A stretch of 63,011 nucleotides of DNA from Chiloscyllium plagiosum (Eukaryota), in the NCBI RefSeq assembly GCF_004010195.1, contig NC_057719.1:6548546-6611556 (forward strand). Direction: 5' to 3'. Each line of letters starts with the position of its first letter. Position 1 is the stretch's first letter. A model generated the notes under the pieces. It was not told where the DNA came from, did not search any database, and was given only the letters and a program-made list of their open reading frames with translations. Positions 61,809 to 63,011 of this stretch are shown here, one piece after another. Both the position numbers and the translations under genes were made by a program.

Positions 61809-63011
61809 GGACCAGCAGCAGAGAGCGGCGGGAGCTGGGCGGAAGTTCAGACAGAGCGCAAAGCCGGTAGGGAAGGTAAGTGATTGCTATTAGAGTGGGT
61901 GTGTTCTAAACCCCAGGTCCTACAAAGTAGGGTCTCCCTCCCTCCCTCCTCCTCTAACCTTAATTAAGAGTCCACAGACGTGCCACAAAAAGAGGGTCTA
62001 AGGAAGTTTAGATTGAAGAATGAGGCTTCAGCTCAGGAATCTTTGACAAGGGGGTTGAGTGAAGTGATTACACCACAGTTGAAGAGGGTGTAGACATGAC
62101 TGCCCAGCTGGTTCAGTGCGCTACATGCTTGATGTGGGAGGTCAACGACTCTGGTGTGTCTGGCTCGTATATGTGTGGAAAATGTGTGCACATTCAGCAA
62201 TTGACCGAGCATATTGCAGCGCTGACGAAAGCACTCGAAGACCTTAGGCTCATCCGAGAGAACGAGATCTTTCTGGACAAGACCTTCAGCGATGTTATTA
62301 CACCAATCATGCCAGAAGAGAGCAGACGATGAGGAAGGCGGAGAGGAGACAGGTGCAAGAGACCCCGGGAGAAGTGCCTGTCAGGAACAAGTTGAAGCTT
62401 TTGGAAGCAGAGACTGATGACACTGCCAGTTCGCAAGGCGGCCAAGTTTGTCAATCAAAAGTTGCCGCAGAGGCAGAGCAGAAGAGTCGGACATCACACA
62501 GAGCCGTGGTAATAGGGGACTCCATCGTGAGAGGAACTGACCGGGGTTTTGTGGCAGCAGACGGGATTTAAGGATGGTGTGTTGCCTTTCTGTGCCAGAG
62601 TGAAAGACATCGCGGACAGAGTGCAGGAAATCCTCAAGGATGAGGGTGAAGAGCAGGAGGTGGTGGTACATGTCGGCACAAATAATGTCGGGAAGAAGAG
62701 GAGGAACATACTACAGCGAGACTTCGGAGAACTAGGAAGAAGGCTGAAAAGCAGGACGCCCAAGGTGGTTATCTCCGGGTTGCTTCCAGTTCCTCGGGCT
62801 AGTGTGGCCAGAAACAGGGAGATAATGGACTTGAACGTGTGGTTGGGGAACTGGTGCAGGAAGCAAGGATTTAAGTTCTTGGATCACTGGGGTATATTTT
62901 GTGGTAAACATAAATTCTACAAGAGAGACGGCTTGCACCTTAATAGGTTAGGGAACAGTATTCTGGCAGGCAGGTTTTCTACTGCAACACCGCTACATTT
63001 AAACTAAGTAG
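61809..63011 (+). mobile_element. 5' part of a CR1 LINE: 5' UTR plus frameshifted ORF1 (zinc finger, coiled coil, SGNH esterase), continuing beyond the window
   Basis: CATC-x15-CGKC, VVIGDSIVRG, VVVHVGTNN and DGLHLN are split across ORFs 62096..62332, 62329..62571 and 62549..63007. Confidence 0.9.

Noticed and set aside
62549..63007. Stand-alone SGNH/GDSL esterase gene
   Set aside because: It is the C-terminal part of a frameshifted CR1 ORF1.
56022..63011. Next upstream TDP1 exon (IWLSPLYP...DLSET equivalent)
   Set aside because: No matching minus-strand translation was found by eye, so it is probably beyond the window.
1..63011. Strand bias of CR1 or HE1 copies relative to TDP1
   Set aside because: Both orientations are common, and a rough count shows no clear skew.

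Overview
Vertebrate genomic DNA from a cartilaginous fish, probably a carpet or bamboo shark. This is inferred from abundant HE1-type V-SINEs, Deu-domain SINEs and shark-type CR1 LINEs. The whole window lies inside one protein-coding gene, TDP1 (tyrosyl-DNA phosphodiesterase 1), on the minus strand. Six internal coding exons (79, 177, 49, 67, 108 and 103 nt) have GT-AG boundaries and consistent phases. They splice to [194 protein letters not shown], which includes the second HKN catalytic motif. The flanking exons were not found and presumably lie outside the window. The rest is intronic (introns up to 25.9 kb) and packed with nested retroelements: CR1, L2-like, RTE and Rex-like LINE fragments, several SINE families and Penelope-like elements (PLEs). 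Nearly all ORFs in the supplied track are transposon remnants or repeat artefacts. The most unusual features are short TSD-flanked PLE terminal-repeat insertions carrying minimal hammerhead-ribozyme motifs, some as long near-perfect palindromes; a 1.6-kb 18-bp minisatellite; two HE1 insertions at the same site of another SINE; and a 95-bp templated insertion. I found no convincing wholly new protein-coding system. Repeat boundaries are approximate, and repeat family names come from recall, not a database search.
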